A program made the translations under genes and the position numbers. A stretch of 64,000 nucleotides of DNA from the human T2T-CHM13v2.0 reference genome, Homo sapiens, in NCBI RefSeq assembly GCF_009914755.1, contig NC_060929.1, one strand, 5' to 3'. Shown here one piece after another: positions 11,880-26,719 of the stretch (within the stretch, counting starts at the first letter, position 1; the number at the start of each line of letters is the position of its first letter). Below the pieces are notes generated by a model, which worked only from the letters and a program-made list of their open reading frames with translations, ran no database searches and was not told the origin of the DNA.

Positions 11880-13211
11880 CTGCAAGCAAACAAGATGACT
11901 TGGAACGAAAGTGGCATTTAGCAAGCGCTCATCTTACACCAAGAACCACAATATAAGAAAACTTTCTTGTGGCCCTTTCTTTTCATCAGAACTTAAAAGA
12001 GAAATAAAATTCAAAAAGCTCATTAATAACTTTGCATAAGTAAAGCTAATTTAACTTGCATAAGAATTCTATCCAAAATACTGTTGTAATAAATTCTAAC
12101 AAACAATAAAACACACACACATACACATCCAAAATCATTTGGCAAAACAAATGTACCTTCCTAAATTTTCAATCATGACAAGACAGGTTAGGGAGAAGTC
12201 CATTAGAGTGTTCTACCACCCATAAGAATTTATTCCTTTTTTACAGAAAATCTCCTATTAACTAAAATATATAATTAACCAGAATACCCTTAACTGTGCA
12301 GATTGCTGGCTTCCATGTAGAGCCCAATTATCTTTTAAAAACTGTAATTTCACTTCTAAACTTTTATATTGTGAAGTTCTGTGCCAGTTTCCTTCTCTGT
12401 AAAAACAATCCTACTGAAGCAATAGTCCCAATGTATTTGTAGAGCTTCTTCAAATACATACAAGGAGCTCCTGCCTTCAGGGAGATAGAGGGGACATTCC
12501 AATGCCAGAAGTCCAGTGACCAGCCTATAGGAATTTTCTACTGAAGGATCTTCAAACTTGAAACTAGTCATGAAGAGTTAAAATGTTTAAAATAACAATG
12601 CTTACTACATAAAGGTCAATGAGAAAATATTTGATTTAATCCATATAAATGAAATATCCTTAGTTTTAACCCATGAAAAATAAATACAACATCAAGTATT
12701 TTCATCGATTCATCCTACAATTATCTATGGAGTGTCTACTATATGCAAACACTGATCTATGGACTGTAGAGCATTGAACAAAAAAGACAAAAATCCTTGC
12801 TCTCATGGAGGCTTTACTAACAAAACATTATAACCTGATCAGTTATAAGTCTAGGTTAAATTTTTTGCAATGCTCAAGATAGGAATAAACCCAATGGGAA
12901 CAAAACAATATTTTATATAAACTTAAAACACACATATATGTATATACATATATATCCATAAACAGTATGTTATTTTACTTGGATTTGAACTTTATATGAA
13001 TACAATCCATCCTGTCTGTGGTCTTCCGTAATCTACTTTTCTTCCTAGTAAATGTATGAGATTCAGCCATGTTGACAAATATGCCATAATATTCTTTATT
13101 CTACTATTGATGGACATTTGGATTGTTTATGGGTTTTTGATATTACAAGTTGCTTACTTGTAATTAAATATTTAAGCTGTTATTTCCTAGAGAAATCATT
13201 TGGTCACTTAC

Positions 13212-13311
13212 ATGTTTAAGCCCAACAGTCAAAGCAATGTTACCAGCAGTCAATGAAGGGATTTCTACATGTTGGTCAGCAAACGGCAAAAGCAGACGAC
13301 TTATTCTCTCC
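13212..13311 (-). CDS. GFM2: GFM2 exon 14 (100 nt): [33 protein letters not shown]
   Basis: tatag|GG acceptor, CAT|gtaagt donor; 84-nt intron separates it from exon 13. Confidence 0.95.
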
Positions 13312-13395
13312 CTATAAAATCACAATTTTATGTTAGTAAAAGTATTTTTAAAGAAGTGCATACAGTTTTATAAAATAATCTAAGCTTCTACTTAC

Positions 13396-13536
13396 GTGCA
13401 GTTTCCATTAATATTATGAATGGCCAACTGGGGTTTTATAGTGCCTGAGTAAATGCGCATAAAAACCAGTGGTCCTCGCTGCTTGTCATGGAGAACTTTA
13501 AATGCCAATGCACATAAGTCATCCTTATACCACTGC
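13396..13536 (-). CDS. GFM2: GFM2 exon 13 (141 nt): [31 protein letters not shown]...
   Basis: tatag|GC acceptor, CAC|gtaagt donor; EF-G domain II ALAFK and RIYSG motifs. Confidence 0.96.
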
Positions 13537-14189
13537 CTATAAAATAAACATTCCAAAAAGGCCTATAAAATACACTTCCCATAACTGCAGAAACTTAACC
13601 TTAATGTCCCCAAAGATCTATTTTATCTTCTAGTAGAGCTACTTAGAGCCACTAAATAATGTCTTTGTTACGTAACTCTCTTCTTCCATTGACTAAATTA
13701 CTCAATGGAGATCTTACCATTAATTCCTCAAAACTAAAAATAACAGATTCTCTTCCAAATATTACTTCTATTTGTGAATAATTTCATTGCCAAGAGCTCT
13801 CCCCATGAAGGCTATACCTGGGAATATCACACTACTTATCAAGAAATCTGCACAGGGTAAATAAATAGGTACTTTCCAATTACTGCTTTTACGCTCTCCT
13901 TCCACTTTCTGTCCATTACATAACCATAAAAATCTATACTATAAACTTGAAATTGTTCACATAACCAACACTCTTAACAGAATGATGTTCTTAAACTGGT
14001 AATCACTGGTAAGTTTTAGAATTGAGTTCTCCTGCAATTGCCAAATTTTGCGCATCTAAGGAGAGCTCCATATTTTCATTAGTTTCAAAGGAATTCCTGA
14101 CTTAAAGTAGTTTAAACACTTCTATGACAGAACTTCTCCAATCTTATTCCCATTCCCTCCAATTTTTAACTTTAATACATACTAATATA

Positions 14190-14365
14190 GAGCTTACTAT
14201 ACCAGGCACTGTTCTTTGTGCTTTACTAATCATTTAATTCTTATAAGAACACCATGAGATAGGTCCTATTCTTTGCATTTTATAGATGAGATGTTAAGGA
14301 ACTTGGAAAAGCTAGGATTTAAATCCAATAGTACAAAGCCTGTGCTCTTCACCATCATGCCTCTC
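14190..14365 (-). mobile_element. MIR remnant
   Basis: GAGCTTACTATACCAGGCACTGTTCT...CATTTAATTCTTATAAGAACACCATGAGATAGGT...CATTTTATAGATGAG. Confidence 0.6.
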
Positions 14366-14882
14366 CAATTTAGAGATATGAAAAGTTATTAATGTCAGGA
14401 TTAAGATAATTAAAGTCCATTTCTCTGCCATTTTACACATTGCTTACTCAGATTTTAAAGGACTTATTACTTAAGTACAAAGCTTTTAGTGACAATAGGA
14501 GTAAAACAATGACCTTTCTTTATAGCCACAAAATATTTTGAGCTTATGAAAAATCCTGAAATCCAGATGAATATAACTATAGAATATTTAACAAACATCC
14601 CCAGGATATCACTTTTCTAAGACTAAGATGGCAGGGTCAACACTTACACTTTTACACAGTGAAAAGACATACCTCTTAGCTCTATGTGTAAGACATCTCT
14701 TTTTACAAGAGATGAAAAATGTTCCTTTCAAGCAAAAATTACTATGATTCCTTATTACATCATTTGCAATAACACTCACCACTATTATTCAAAAATGGTG
14801 ATTTAACTACTTTTCATAAAAGTATTTGCCTACTTGTTTCTTCAAAGCTATAGAATTTTAATATATGTGATTGCATACTTAC

Positions 14883-15031
14883 AGAAATTCATAGTTACGC
14901 TCTTCAGGTGAAGGTAAGTACATAGTAACAGCATCTAACAAGGGCTGTATCCCTTTGTTTTTCAGGGCACTTCCACAAAGCACAGGCACTGCTGTCTGAG
15001 CTAGTGTCACTCTATGTATTGCAGTCTGTAG
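14883..15031 (-). CDS. GFM2: GFM2 exon 12 (149 nt): [10 protein letters not shown]...[24 protein letters not shown]...
   Basis: tgtag|CT acceptor, TCT|gtaagt donor; G5 GSAL motif. Confidence 0.96.
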
Positions 15032-16422
15032 CTACAGAGCAGAGATACAAATGAGCATTTATTTTGTGTACTGGTCTTGGCGAGAAGCTCAAAATTAGAG
15101 GTTTTCTCTAACCAGCCATGTAACCAGCACTCCTCATCACACCTTCATCATTTTGTTGGCTTAGTTTTTAACACTCATCACTATCTGGATGTTAGATATT
15201 TATTAGTTTATCTGTCTCCTATTCGCTAGAATGTAAAATCCATATAAGCATTACCCCTGGAAATACTGCTAAATCCCCAGCAACAAGAAAAGTGGTTAAA
15301 ACAGGTGCTTAAAAATATTTCTTGAATAAATGAATATACTTGTGATTTAACCTTGATAGTCTAACAGAGGAACTGATCATAAATAAAATATGTAAATCTG
15401 AGTTACCATTTCTTCAAATAAATTAAATCCATATTAAACAAAATCCTAAGGGAAAAATGAGAAATCCAAGTAGGAAAATTTTTAGAAAGATTTCAAAAAA
15501 CAAGAAAAGCTTGAGTGTGTTTGCAAGCTATTATTGGTGGGTCAATTCTACTTTAGATTGTGAGCTCTCTGAAAACATAAATCATGTTATGTGAAGATAG
15601 GGTACAATAAATATCACATTTAAACACTCAAAAATAAACAGTTTCAAAATTCACATTTCATTCAAAAGAAAAAATACTTTTTTTCATTCTAACTTATGAG
15701 TGGCTCAATAACATGTTTCAGCTCTTGTGTTTTTAATTCTTTTAATGACTACTAAGTGAATTTGCTAGGCTCATCTTTGGCTCATTTTACAGATTATTAC
15801 TTAGAAATACTTTGCTTGGCAACTCTTACGTTTCATAAAGAAAAATAAACAGTAAATTTGCCAAATTCCATGGGGAAAGTCCCTGGCAGAACAAAACAGA
15901 GTTTCCTTCAAGAAATCTGTCATAATTCAGTTACTATCAATATTTTAATTGCCTCTTCTCTGGCTTACTGTATGTCAAAAGACAAAAACAAAGAACTGTA
16001 ATGAGTTTCCATGAAAAATTTAAAAAGATTCAGAAAATAATGTTCTCAGAAAAATGGTAATTGTAGTAGCCTGAAACAACAGTAAATTTTAATATAAACT
16101 TTCTGTGATTTCCCTAAACATCCTTAGAGGAATTATCAGAATGAAAAGACTACAGAGAATGAGTAGTTAACTGATGCAGACTCAATAGAAGTTAAACAGA
16201 TTCAATTTTTAATTTTGTAAAGTATATATGAAAGTAATAAATCACTGCCAATAAGTATTGTATTAGTAGTGACTTTAACTTAATGTTCTCCTAACTTTAA
16301 ACTTACCACTTTCTAATAATATGCAAAGTTTAAAAAAAAAATGCACACACATCAAAGGCAGAGAAATCAAACTACATCCAATTAGTAAAATTTTGTGAAA
16401 GCCATTGAATAATAAAATTTAC

Positions 16423-16503
16423 CTTTTCAGCTGGTAACAAATCAAAATTCTCACAAAATTCTTCTAAAACCAAGTCAGCAAATTCATCATCCAAATCTGC
16501 AAC
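16423..16503 (-). CDS. GFM2: GFM2 exon 11 (81 nt): [27 protein letters not shown]
   Basis: tatag|GT acceptor, AAG|gtaaat donor. Confidence 0.95.
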
Positions 16504-17224
16504 CTATAAAGAAAGGTTTTAGAGTTCTATAACTTGCATTTACTTTCATTAACTATTAATTTGTCCAAACACCATAAACAGACAATATTCAAATATTTCA
16601 AGACAGCTACCTTACCTAGGCCAAGCAACTCTTCACTTCTTCTAAAGAGATAAAGAAAAATGTTTTTCTTTGAAAGGAAAAGAAATGGAAAACTAAAGAT
16701 ACTATTAGGAGTTTCCTAAATTCACAGAAAGCCAGATCCTGATAAAGCATCTTAATTAAATGCTATCAGTGTGCTCAAAAGAAATCAAAGAAAATGTGCA
16801 ACTTACAATGATAGCACATACAATGGATTGGCCTTTCTTAGATAAATCTGGAGGTTTTAGTTTATAAAAAAGTTTCATCTGGTTTTCCTCTAATATTCTG
16901 AATGTTCACCAGATCTCCCAAGACAGTCAAACTAAGAGAATTAATGTTGCTGTAATCCCGCACTGAAGAAATACATTTATGTTAGGGAAGGGAGGCGTAG
17001 GCAATATTTCAATAATAAAAATGCAATTGTCTATTTCACATTCTTTTCATGACCATCTGACTATACGAAATGGGATCATTCAGCTGACAAATTAATAAAA
17101 CAGCTTCAAAAGCATATAACAGTACAAGGGAGCAAAACGTTCAAACTTGGTAAAAAAAAAAAAAAAACACACTGTTAACAGGATTAAGTATAGCAGAAAT
17201 GTACCTAACCATCCTTCTGGAAAG

Positions 17225-17452
17225 CATTATATGTGATGGTTAAGCTCAGCTTCTGGAATCAGACTACCTAGAAATGGTTCCACCACTTACCCACTTGTTC
17301 AAATTTTGGTCAAGTTATTTCACCTCTCTGCCTTAGTAACTCACAAAGATGATAGTAGTATCTACTTCTTGAGGCTGTTATAAAGATTAAATAATTCAAA
17401 TTATGCTTTAAGAATATATACTAGTGTATAATAAGTATTAGCTATTATTACT
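17225..17452 (+). mobile_element. MIR remnant
   Basis: TCTGGAATCAGACTACCT...CAAGTTATTTCACCTCTCTGCCTTAGT...AAGTATTAGCTATTATT. Confidence 0.6.
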
Positions 17453-17519
17453 GTGCACCTTCAATATTGGAAGTTGATTCTATTCCACACTAATCTTATC
17501 CACTAATTTAAAGGAAAAT

Positions 17520-18355
<836 letters not shown>

Positions 18356-18644
18356 TTATTCTGTAAATTTTATACATACTTATGTATTTCTTATAATTAG
18401 CATATTATTAGCTACTGACAGTCTCAGATTCTTTCTGAGATTTCTGTCACATACTATCACATCCTAGAAGACCATGAGACATGGGCAAGTGTGTGTTGGC
18501 TCCTCAACTAGATTACAAGATCCTTCTTAAGTTTATTCTTATAGCTCTTCTGTATTAAAACAACACAAACAAACTCAAAGAGGAATGAATTATTAATAAA
18601 CGTCAATTCCACTTTTATATCTTCTATGCTCCCCAAATTAAAAA

Positions 18645-18870
18645 AGCAGTATAACAAAGCGGGTAAGAGCTTTAGCTCTAAACAGATTAACCTGGGTTCA
18701 GATTCTAGCTCAGCCACTTTATTAGCTGTGTGACAACTTATTTAAGCATTTGAGCTGCTGTTTCCCCATCTGTAAAATAGGGACAATATAAGGTTCTTGT
18801 GAGGGTTTAATTAAAAAGTATATGTAAAGCACTTAACCTAGCACACAGTAGGCCCTCATTAACTCAATAA
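18645..18870 (+). mobile_element. MIR remnant
   Basis: CCTGGGTTCAGATTCTAGCTCAGCCACTT...CCCATCTGTAAAATAGGGACAATA...GTAAAGCACTTA. Confidence 0.65.
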
Positions 18871-18921
18871 CAAAAATAACAATTATTATGTTAATGATAA
18901 AGTTGCAATGATTACTACATA

Positions 18922-19242
18922 CAGTCAGGAATCAGTTAGTGACAGGGATAAGTTCTGAGAAATGTGGTGTTAGGTGATTTCGTCATTCTACCAACATCAT
19001 AGAGTGTACTTACATAAACCTAGACGGCATAGCCTGCTTTTACACCAAGGCTATGGCCTATTACTCCTAGGCTACAAATCATACTGTACTGAATACTGTA
19101 GGCAACTGTAACACAATGGTAAGTATTTGTGTATCTCAACATAGAAAAGGTACAGGAAAAATATAGTATTATAATCTTATGGCACTGTCAACATTCATGT
19201 GGTCTGTTGTTGACTAAAATGTCATCATGAAGTACATGACTA
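18922..19242 (+). mobile_element. Tigger3/Golem-family DNA transposon
   Basis: TA|CAGTCA...GGGATAAGTTCTGAGAAATG...TTAGGTGATTTCGTCATT; ends CATGACTA|TA. Confidence 0.8.
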
Positions 19243-19539
19243 TACTTAAAAAAAAAACTATGTACAAAAGATAAGTGAAAAAAAAATGAATGCTGAATAA
19301 ATTTATTTGGACCAATTCAATTTAGAAGTGAAAAATCAAGGGCTCTGATTCAAACGTTTTTCTCTACCATAATATTCAAGAAATTAAGGTATGTTTTATT
19401 TATTGCCATATATACTAACAATATAATATAAAATTACAAATATTAACAATCTTGCTATTTTGAAGATTATAATTTTGAAGGTGGATGAGGCCCAGAGCTA
19501 TATACCAACTATAAAATTGATGGTTTTAAAATTTTCTAA

Positions 19540-19930
19540 ATAATTTGACATCTGGTGAAAAGTAAAGTAAAAGACATGCATATCCTTTGACCTAACAATG
19601 CTACTCCTTAGTTTAATCCTAAAGAAACTATTGCCCATGTGCACAAGTAGATACAAAAATGTTCATAGCCACATTGTTTGTAACAGCAAAAAAGAGAAAC
19701 AACCTCAAAGCCCATCCACAGGAGAATACCCAATAAAGTGTGGTAAAATCATATATTATAACAATATACAAGATTGAAATGAATAGATTATAACTACACA
19801 TATTTGCAACATGGATAAAGTTCCAACAATGTTGAGCAATGTCATAAAATACAAACAGTAACATTTCATTTATGTAAAGTTCAAAACATGTAAACCTAAG
19901 TTCTTTAAGGATTTATGGTAAACTAAAGAA
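19540..19930 (+). mobile_element. Old L1ME-like fragment
   Basis: TGCATATCCTTTGACCTAACAAT...AATGTTCATAGCCACATTGTTTGTAACAGCAAAA...ATTTATGTAAAGTTCAAAA. Confidence 0.55.
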
Positions 19931-19940
19931 AAGCAAATGA

Positions 19941-20503
<563 letters not shown>

Positions 20504-20561
20504 TATTTTAAGATAAGTGGTGCACACATTGGTGTTCATTTTATCATTCATTATACTTTAC

Positions 20562-20741
20562 TTGTTCAATTAAGGCATTCCTTGCTTCAGTTGTTTCCTT
20601 CAGCAATTCAGGATCATTCATTTCCAAGAGGGGCTTTCTCTCAAAGTCTTTTCCATCATTTGAATTGCAATTCCAAAGAAGTTTTTCTTTCATTACTACA
20701 TCCACCACTCCTTTGAAAGTTTTGGCTTCACCAATTGGTAA
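20562..20741 (-). CDS. GFM2: GFM2 exon 10 (180 nt): [16 protein letters not shown]...ARNALIEQ
   Basis: tacag|TT acceptor, CAA|gtaaag donor. Confidence 0.95.
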
Positions 20742-20989
20742 CTGTAAGTCAGAGTGAGATTAACATTATTACATGATCACTCACTGAAAACTACAATGAT
20801 GACAAGTCTTTTCTAATTGTACCATTTTCCCCAAAATGTCTATTATTCACCATTACTATAATCTGTGGCTATTTCTATTTATACCCCAACTTCTTCAAAA
20901 ATGATGAGATAGCTTTGGAAATGTATATATTGTCACAAAATAAATTAATGAGGAAACTGAGAAGAAGCTGATGCTATTAACCAATTTAC

Positions 20990-21050
20990 CTGTAAAAGCA
21001 AAGGCTTTGCCTTTAACTTCTCTCTGATGCTTTCAACTGCATACTTAAAG
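20990..21050 (-). CDS. GFM2: GFM2 exon 9 (61 nt): FKYAVESIREKLKAKPLLLQ
   Basis: tacag|CT acceptor, CAG|gtaaat donor. Confidence 0.95.
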
Positions 21051-22576
21051 CTGTAGAAAGCAAAATAATTATAGTTAAAAACATGGTTAAAAATTCTTTA
21101 CCAAAGGTATCAAGAGAGGAAAAAAAACTCTTTCAGGTTTTAAGAATGTTTTCTAAAATTTTAACTCACTTTATTCTCCTTAACGCTCACTATTTAACAG
21201 TTTTCCATAGGAAAATGTCTGGAATAAACTTTTATGTCAATTTCAGATATCAGTAATTACCCTAATCCAGCCACAGAGCTGTTTAGGGTATTATTATTGT
21301 GAGCTTCGCATAACTATACTTTGCAATTAACATTAAATGAATTGATCAAGGTAACAAGGATAATAAAGTGCAGTTGGGATTCCAATGCAAGATTTGTGAT
21401 AAGCCAAGGATTCTTTCTTCTACAACTAGGTTTACTACCATACAAGGCAACTAGCTTTCTTCCAAGAGCCTGCCTAGTCTTTGGCATTCTTCACATCGTA
21501 TGCTACGCTATTCATTTCTATGCTAACACTGCAGCTGGCTACCTATAGAACACATGCCATCTTTGGCACACAAGCTGATTTACATGCAGGTCATTCCGGT
21601 CCCATTGTTTTTCAGAACCAGCCTATTTTCCAGTCATATCCCTCCCCATTGCCAATGGCACTGCCTGACAATAAATAAGTACTTCCATCTACCACAGGAA
21701 CTCCAAGCAGAAAAGGGTCAGAACTTGAGGCTAGTACATTTTAAAGGTTGCTGGGCTATTAATAATCAAGACAAGGTTCTTTAAACAAACAGCCTCAGAA
21801 TTACTATAGAGAGGGAGATAAACACAAAGCATATTAATTACTGTGTAGTTTTAGGGGAGGTATAGTTTATGTTTCATTTTTGCCATTCTCCCATCACAGG
21901 CCACAATCTCTCCCTATCACATTTGTTCTAGAATTTTTAATATTCTTGATTCTCTCCCTTTCACATTTTCTCCAAATCTTTCAAATATTCTTGATTATCT
22001 GAATTATATTCCCAGGACAATGCATCCACCACTCTGTAAGTCTCTGACCATGACCAATACATCTCAGCATTAACTCTCTTCTGCCCCTACATGCAGGTCT
22101 TACAGCATCTACATTCTCTTCTTCCAGTTCTTTATTGACAGTATCTTACCCAGTAGCTAAGAAAATCAGAGAATATGGAAGAACACCTTCAAATGCAGGA
22201 AACAGTTCTCTATTCTCTATCTTTAGCGATGATGGGAAGCGCCATACCTTCAGCAATATAGGGACTATACCTGTGTTCTAAAGAGAATCAATGGAATCAT
22301 CAAGAAGCCACTTTGATCTCAGAAATATGATTCAGTCTCTCTATACTAGAAACAGGATGATTCACCATCTATCAGCTATTACTCCCAAATTGTTATATAA
22401 CCTATGGATTAGCTGCTTTGAATTTTTTTATGGGAATAAACTGGGATTCCATGGAATATTTATACCCTATAATACAATAGGAAAAAAAATAGCTATTCCT
22501 AAATTTAAGTTATAGTTCATTAAAAGCTCAAATTGTAGTTTCACCCTGATAAGCCAATGAAACACATTTCAAATAC

Positions 22577-22665
22577 CTTGCTCCAGTTTTGTCCATCTTG
22601 TTTAAAAAACAGATTCGAGGTATATTGTGTTTATCAGCTTGCCTCCATACTGTGAGAGTCTGGGC
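22577..22665 (-). CDS. GFM2: GFM2 exon 8 (89 nt): [29 protein letters not shown]
   Basis: tttag|GC acceptor, AAG|gtattt donor; G4 NKMD motif. Confidence 0.97.
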
Positions 22666-23466
22666 CTAAAGCAAAGATGAGGAAAAAAATACATACTGAA
22701 CAAAAGTAACTATGTTACTAGACCTGGAATGAAGAGATCCAAAAATCTACTGTCAGATAAATTGGGCCCTATTCTAGCAGAGAATTAGTGCAACTGCACT
22801 TATATTTTTAGGGTCACTCTTTAGCTATCAAGTTAACACAGCCGGGAACGTGATGAAGTGTGAAGGGGAGTGTGCTTCAAACCACTTGAGAATACTCTGG
22901 GTGAACTAGGTGGCCACACAAAGAGAATTAACACCTCAGGAGGTACTGAGAATCATGGAAAGTGAACTTAACTGAGAATCAGGAGACCTACTTTTTGTTT
23001 GGCTTCACTTTTCCTAGTAAATGTCATATGACACTGAACTCATTTAATGTCAGGTTTCTGATCTATGAAATAGGAATTTTGCCTTAATTATTTCAGACAC
23101 TTATTTTGAGGTAAAAGAAATATAGGAGTGTACTATAAAGCAGCCAGTTTATTTTTTAGGTAAAATTTATATACAATAAAGTACAGATATTAAGTGTATA
23201 GCTCAATGCGTTTTGATAAAAGTACGTTTGTGTAACTACTACCCCACTTAGAACATAGAACATTCTGTTACTCCTGAAATTTTTCTCATCCCTGTCTCCT
23301 ATAAGCAACCTGTCTTGATTTCTGTCACCATAGCTTCAGTGTCTTATTCTTGAACCTCATACAAAATAGCATGGCTTCTTTGGCTCAACATGTTTTTAAC
23401 ATTCATCCACATTGTTAGGTATTTCCGTTCTTTTTAATTATACATACGTACCAGTTGGCTTTCCTA

Positions 23467-23857
<391 letters not shown>

Positions 23858-23904
23858 GAAACTTCCAAATAGTCTTCCAAAGTAGTTGCATTATTTTGCA
23901 GTCT

Positions 23905-24206
23905 TTTTAATTTTTTTTGAGACAGGGTCTCACTCTGTTGCCCAGGCTGGAATGCAGTGGTGCAATCAAGGCTCACTGCAGCCCCAACCTCCCTGCTGGG
24001 CTCAAGCAATTCTCCCATCTCAGCCTCTGGAGTAGCTGGGATGACAAGTGCACGCCACCACACCCAGCTAATTTTTTTTGTATTTTATAAAGATGGGGTT
24101 TCGCCATGTTGCTCAGGCTGGTCTCTAATTCCTGGGCTCAAGCGAACCCACCTGCCTCAGCCTCCCAAAGTGCTGGGATTACAGGTGTGAGCCACCATGC
24201 CTGGCC
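23905..24206 (-). mobile_element. Alu (AluJ-like), TSD TATTTTGCAGTCTT
   Basis: Reverse Alu with flanking direct repeats. Confidence 0.92.
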
Positions 24207-25469
24207 TCTATTTTGCAGTCTTATCAACAATGTGTAAGATTTCTAGTTGCTCCACATCCTCACCAACATTTGCTATCACTCTTTTTAATTATAAGCATTC
24301 TTTTGGGTGTGAAATTGAATCTGTGATTTTAATTTGCATTTTCCTGAGGACTAATGAGATTATACATCTTTTCATGTGCTTACTATTCATTCACATGTGT
24401 TCTTTTGTGAAGTGTCCATTCAAGTTTTTTGTCCATTTTCTTCTGGGTTATTATTGATTTATGGTTCTTCATATAGTCTGGATACAAATCCATGGTTATA
24501 GATACGTACTATAAATACTTCAGTATTTATTTCCCAAGAACAATCATATTCTCTTATATAACCAATACTATTATTGCATTCAGGAAATTTAATATTTGTA
24601 TAATATGTTTATCTAACATTACAAGTATCTTCTCATAGTCTATTCCTTGTGTTTTTAATTTTTTTGTTTTAATGAACAGCTGTAGTTTTGATAAAGTTCC
24701 AGGAATCAACTTTTGTTATTTATGTTTCATGCTTCTTATGTCCTCTAAGAAATTTTTACCTACCCCAAGGCTGTAAAGATATTTTTCTTCTAGAAGCTAT
24801 GTATACATAACTTAACACTGTGATCCACTCCAAATTAATTTTTGTGTATGATGAGGTATGTGTGTGAGGCGTGGAGGGTGAATATCATAAATTTTCAAAG
24901 AACAAAAACATATTGCAAATCAAAACAAAAAACTCCCACCATTCCACCTGCCAGCTAAAAGCTCATTCATTGTTTAAAACAAGTGCCTTCTCCTTCATGA
25001 ATTCAGCAACTTCCTATTCAAGCACATTTCAATCTTGTAAGTAATGCAATCTGTTTGAATGATTAAACGTCAAATTTATCTAAAGTTACAACAACAGAAA
25101 AATGGAACTATTAGGAAATAAAGTGACCCAGAAAGAAACAGAAATAACAGTGTATAATCAATCTCACACCACAGTGTCTTCTGCCAGAATCCATTAAACT
25201 ATGGCAGGCTAACTTGTTAGCTCAAAAGTAAGGTAGAATCTCTGATCTCTCAAAGTTCTTGACACCAGCTTTCCTATTTCTCCTTTTACTATGAAATATC
25301 TGAGATTACATGTAGATTACATCTCAATATAAATTCTGATTTCCTTTTACCATTATTTGATTTATGTGAACTTACCAAATAGATGGTTACAGTTAACTAA
25401 ATTTGACATATTCTACTTTTTAAAAAATCATGCTGTTCTAATTCCCTTTACTTTGGCAATATTATTTAC

Positions 25470-25558
25470 CTCTACACCAGCAGAGGCATCAAATACAGCC
25501 ACTGCACCATCCAACACTCTTAGGCACCGCTCAACCTCCAAGGTAAAGTCCACATGAC
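25470..25558 (-). CDS. GFM2: GFM2 exon 7 (89 nt): [30 protein letters not shown]
   Basis: cttag|GT acceptor, GAG|gtaaat donor; switch II region. Confidence 0.97.
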
Positions 25559-25589
25559 CTAAGAAAAAGATAAGACGTATAATGCCTTC

Positions 25590-26180
25590 TTTTTAACAAA
25601 ACCATCATATGATCCAGCAATCTCACATCTCACTCCTGGGGAGGGGTGTGTGTGTATATATATGTGTATATATATAAAGGTATTGAAAGCAGAGTCTCAG
25701 AGCTATTTGCACACCCTCCATGGCAGCACTGGTAGACAAAAGGTGGAAAAAACCCAAATGTCCACTGATGTATGAATGGATAAACAAAATGTGATATACA
25801 CATACAATGGAATACTACACAGAATAAAAAAGAAAATATTGTAGCACATTGTCACATGCTACAATATGAGAAAATTTGAGGGCTTTATGCTAATGAGATA
25901 AGCCAATCACAAGAGGACAAATACGGTATGATTCCACTTACATAAGGCATCTAAGCTAGTCAAATACATAGGTATACAAAGTACACAGTGGTTAGCAGGG
26001 GTGAAGGGAGGGGGCAAAAGGGAATTGTTGTCCAATGAATATAGTTTCATTTCTGCAAGATAAAAAAGTTCTGGACATCTGTTTCACAGCAATGTGATTA
26101 TACTTAACACTACTAAACTGTACACTTAAAAATGGTTGAGATGGTAAATTTTGCAACACATGTTTTTTTACCACAATAAA
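25590..26180 (+). mobile_element. L1MB-like 3' fragment
   Basis: CATATGATCCAGCAAT...GGATAAACAAAATGTG...CTGTACACTTAAAAATGGTTGAGATGGTAAATTTT. Confidence 0.75.
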
Positions 26181-26258
26181 AAGCAAAACAAAAACCCCAG
26201 AAAAACAAAAAAACTCCAAATGACGCAGCATCTCTGTGTTACTGGAATCGTACCATAC

Positions 26259-26384
26259 CTGGTGTATCAATTAGATTGACTCTATAACCTTTCCAATCAA
26301 ATGTAACAGCAGCTGATTGAATAGTAATGCCTCTTTCTCGCTCTTGGGCCATGAAATCTGTCACTGTGTCTCCATCATCAACAT
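26259..26384 (-). CDS. GFM2: GFM2 exon 6 (126 nt): [26 protein letters not shown]...NLIDTP
   Basis: gctag|AT acceptor, CAG|gtatgg donor; switch I RGITI motif. Confidence 0.97.
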
Positions 26385-26719
26385 CTAGCCAGGAAAAAGA
26401 TGATACAGTTTAGTCTTAATAGCAAGTGTATTTTATTCGTGCTCAATATCTACCTGACACAGTTTAACCTGCCTTAAGAAAAATCTTTCCTAAAATATTT
26501 GATTTAATAGAGCCTTTACTCTTTCACTAAGTAAATCCTCATGGTAGAAAAAGTTTTTCAGCTAGATTAGTAACTTTGCCATAAAAGGAATTTTTCATCA
26601 AGATGAAAATCTTTTAAGTTTACTGAACTTATTTTACTTACTTACTTCTTTTATTTCTTACATAGCTTAACTATCATTACCCCCTTTTTATCTGATGTCC
26701 CTCCCTCCTGATCCCTTGA

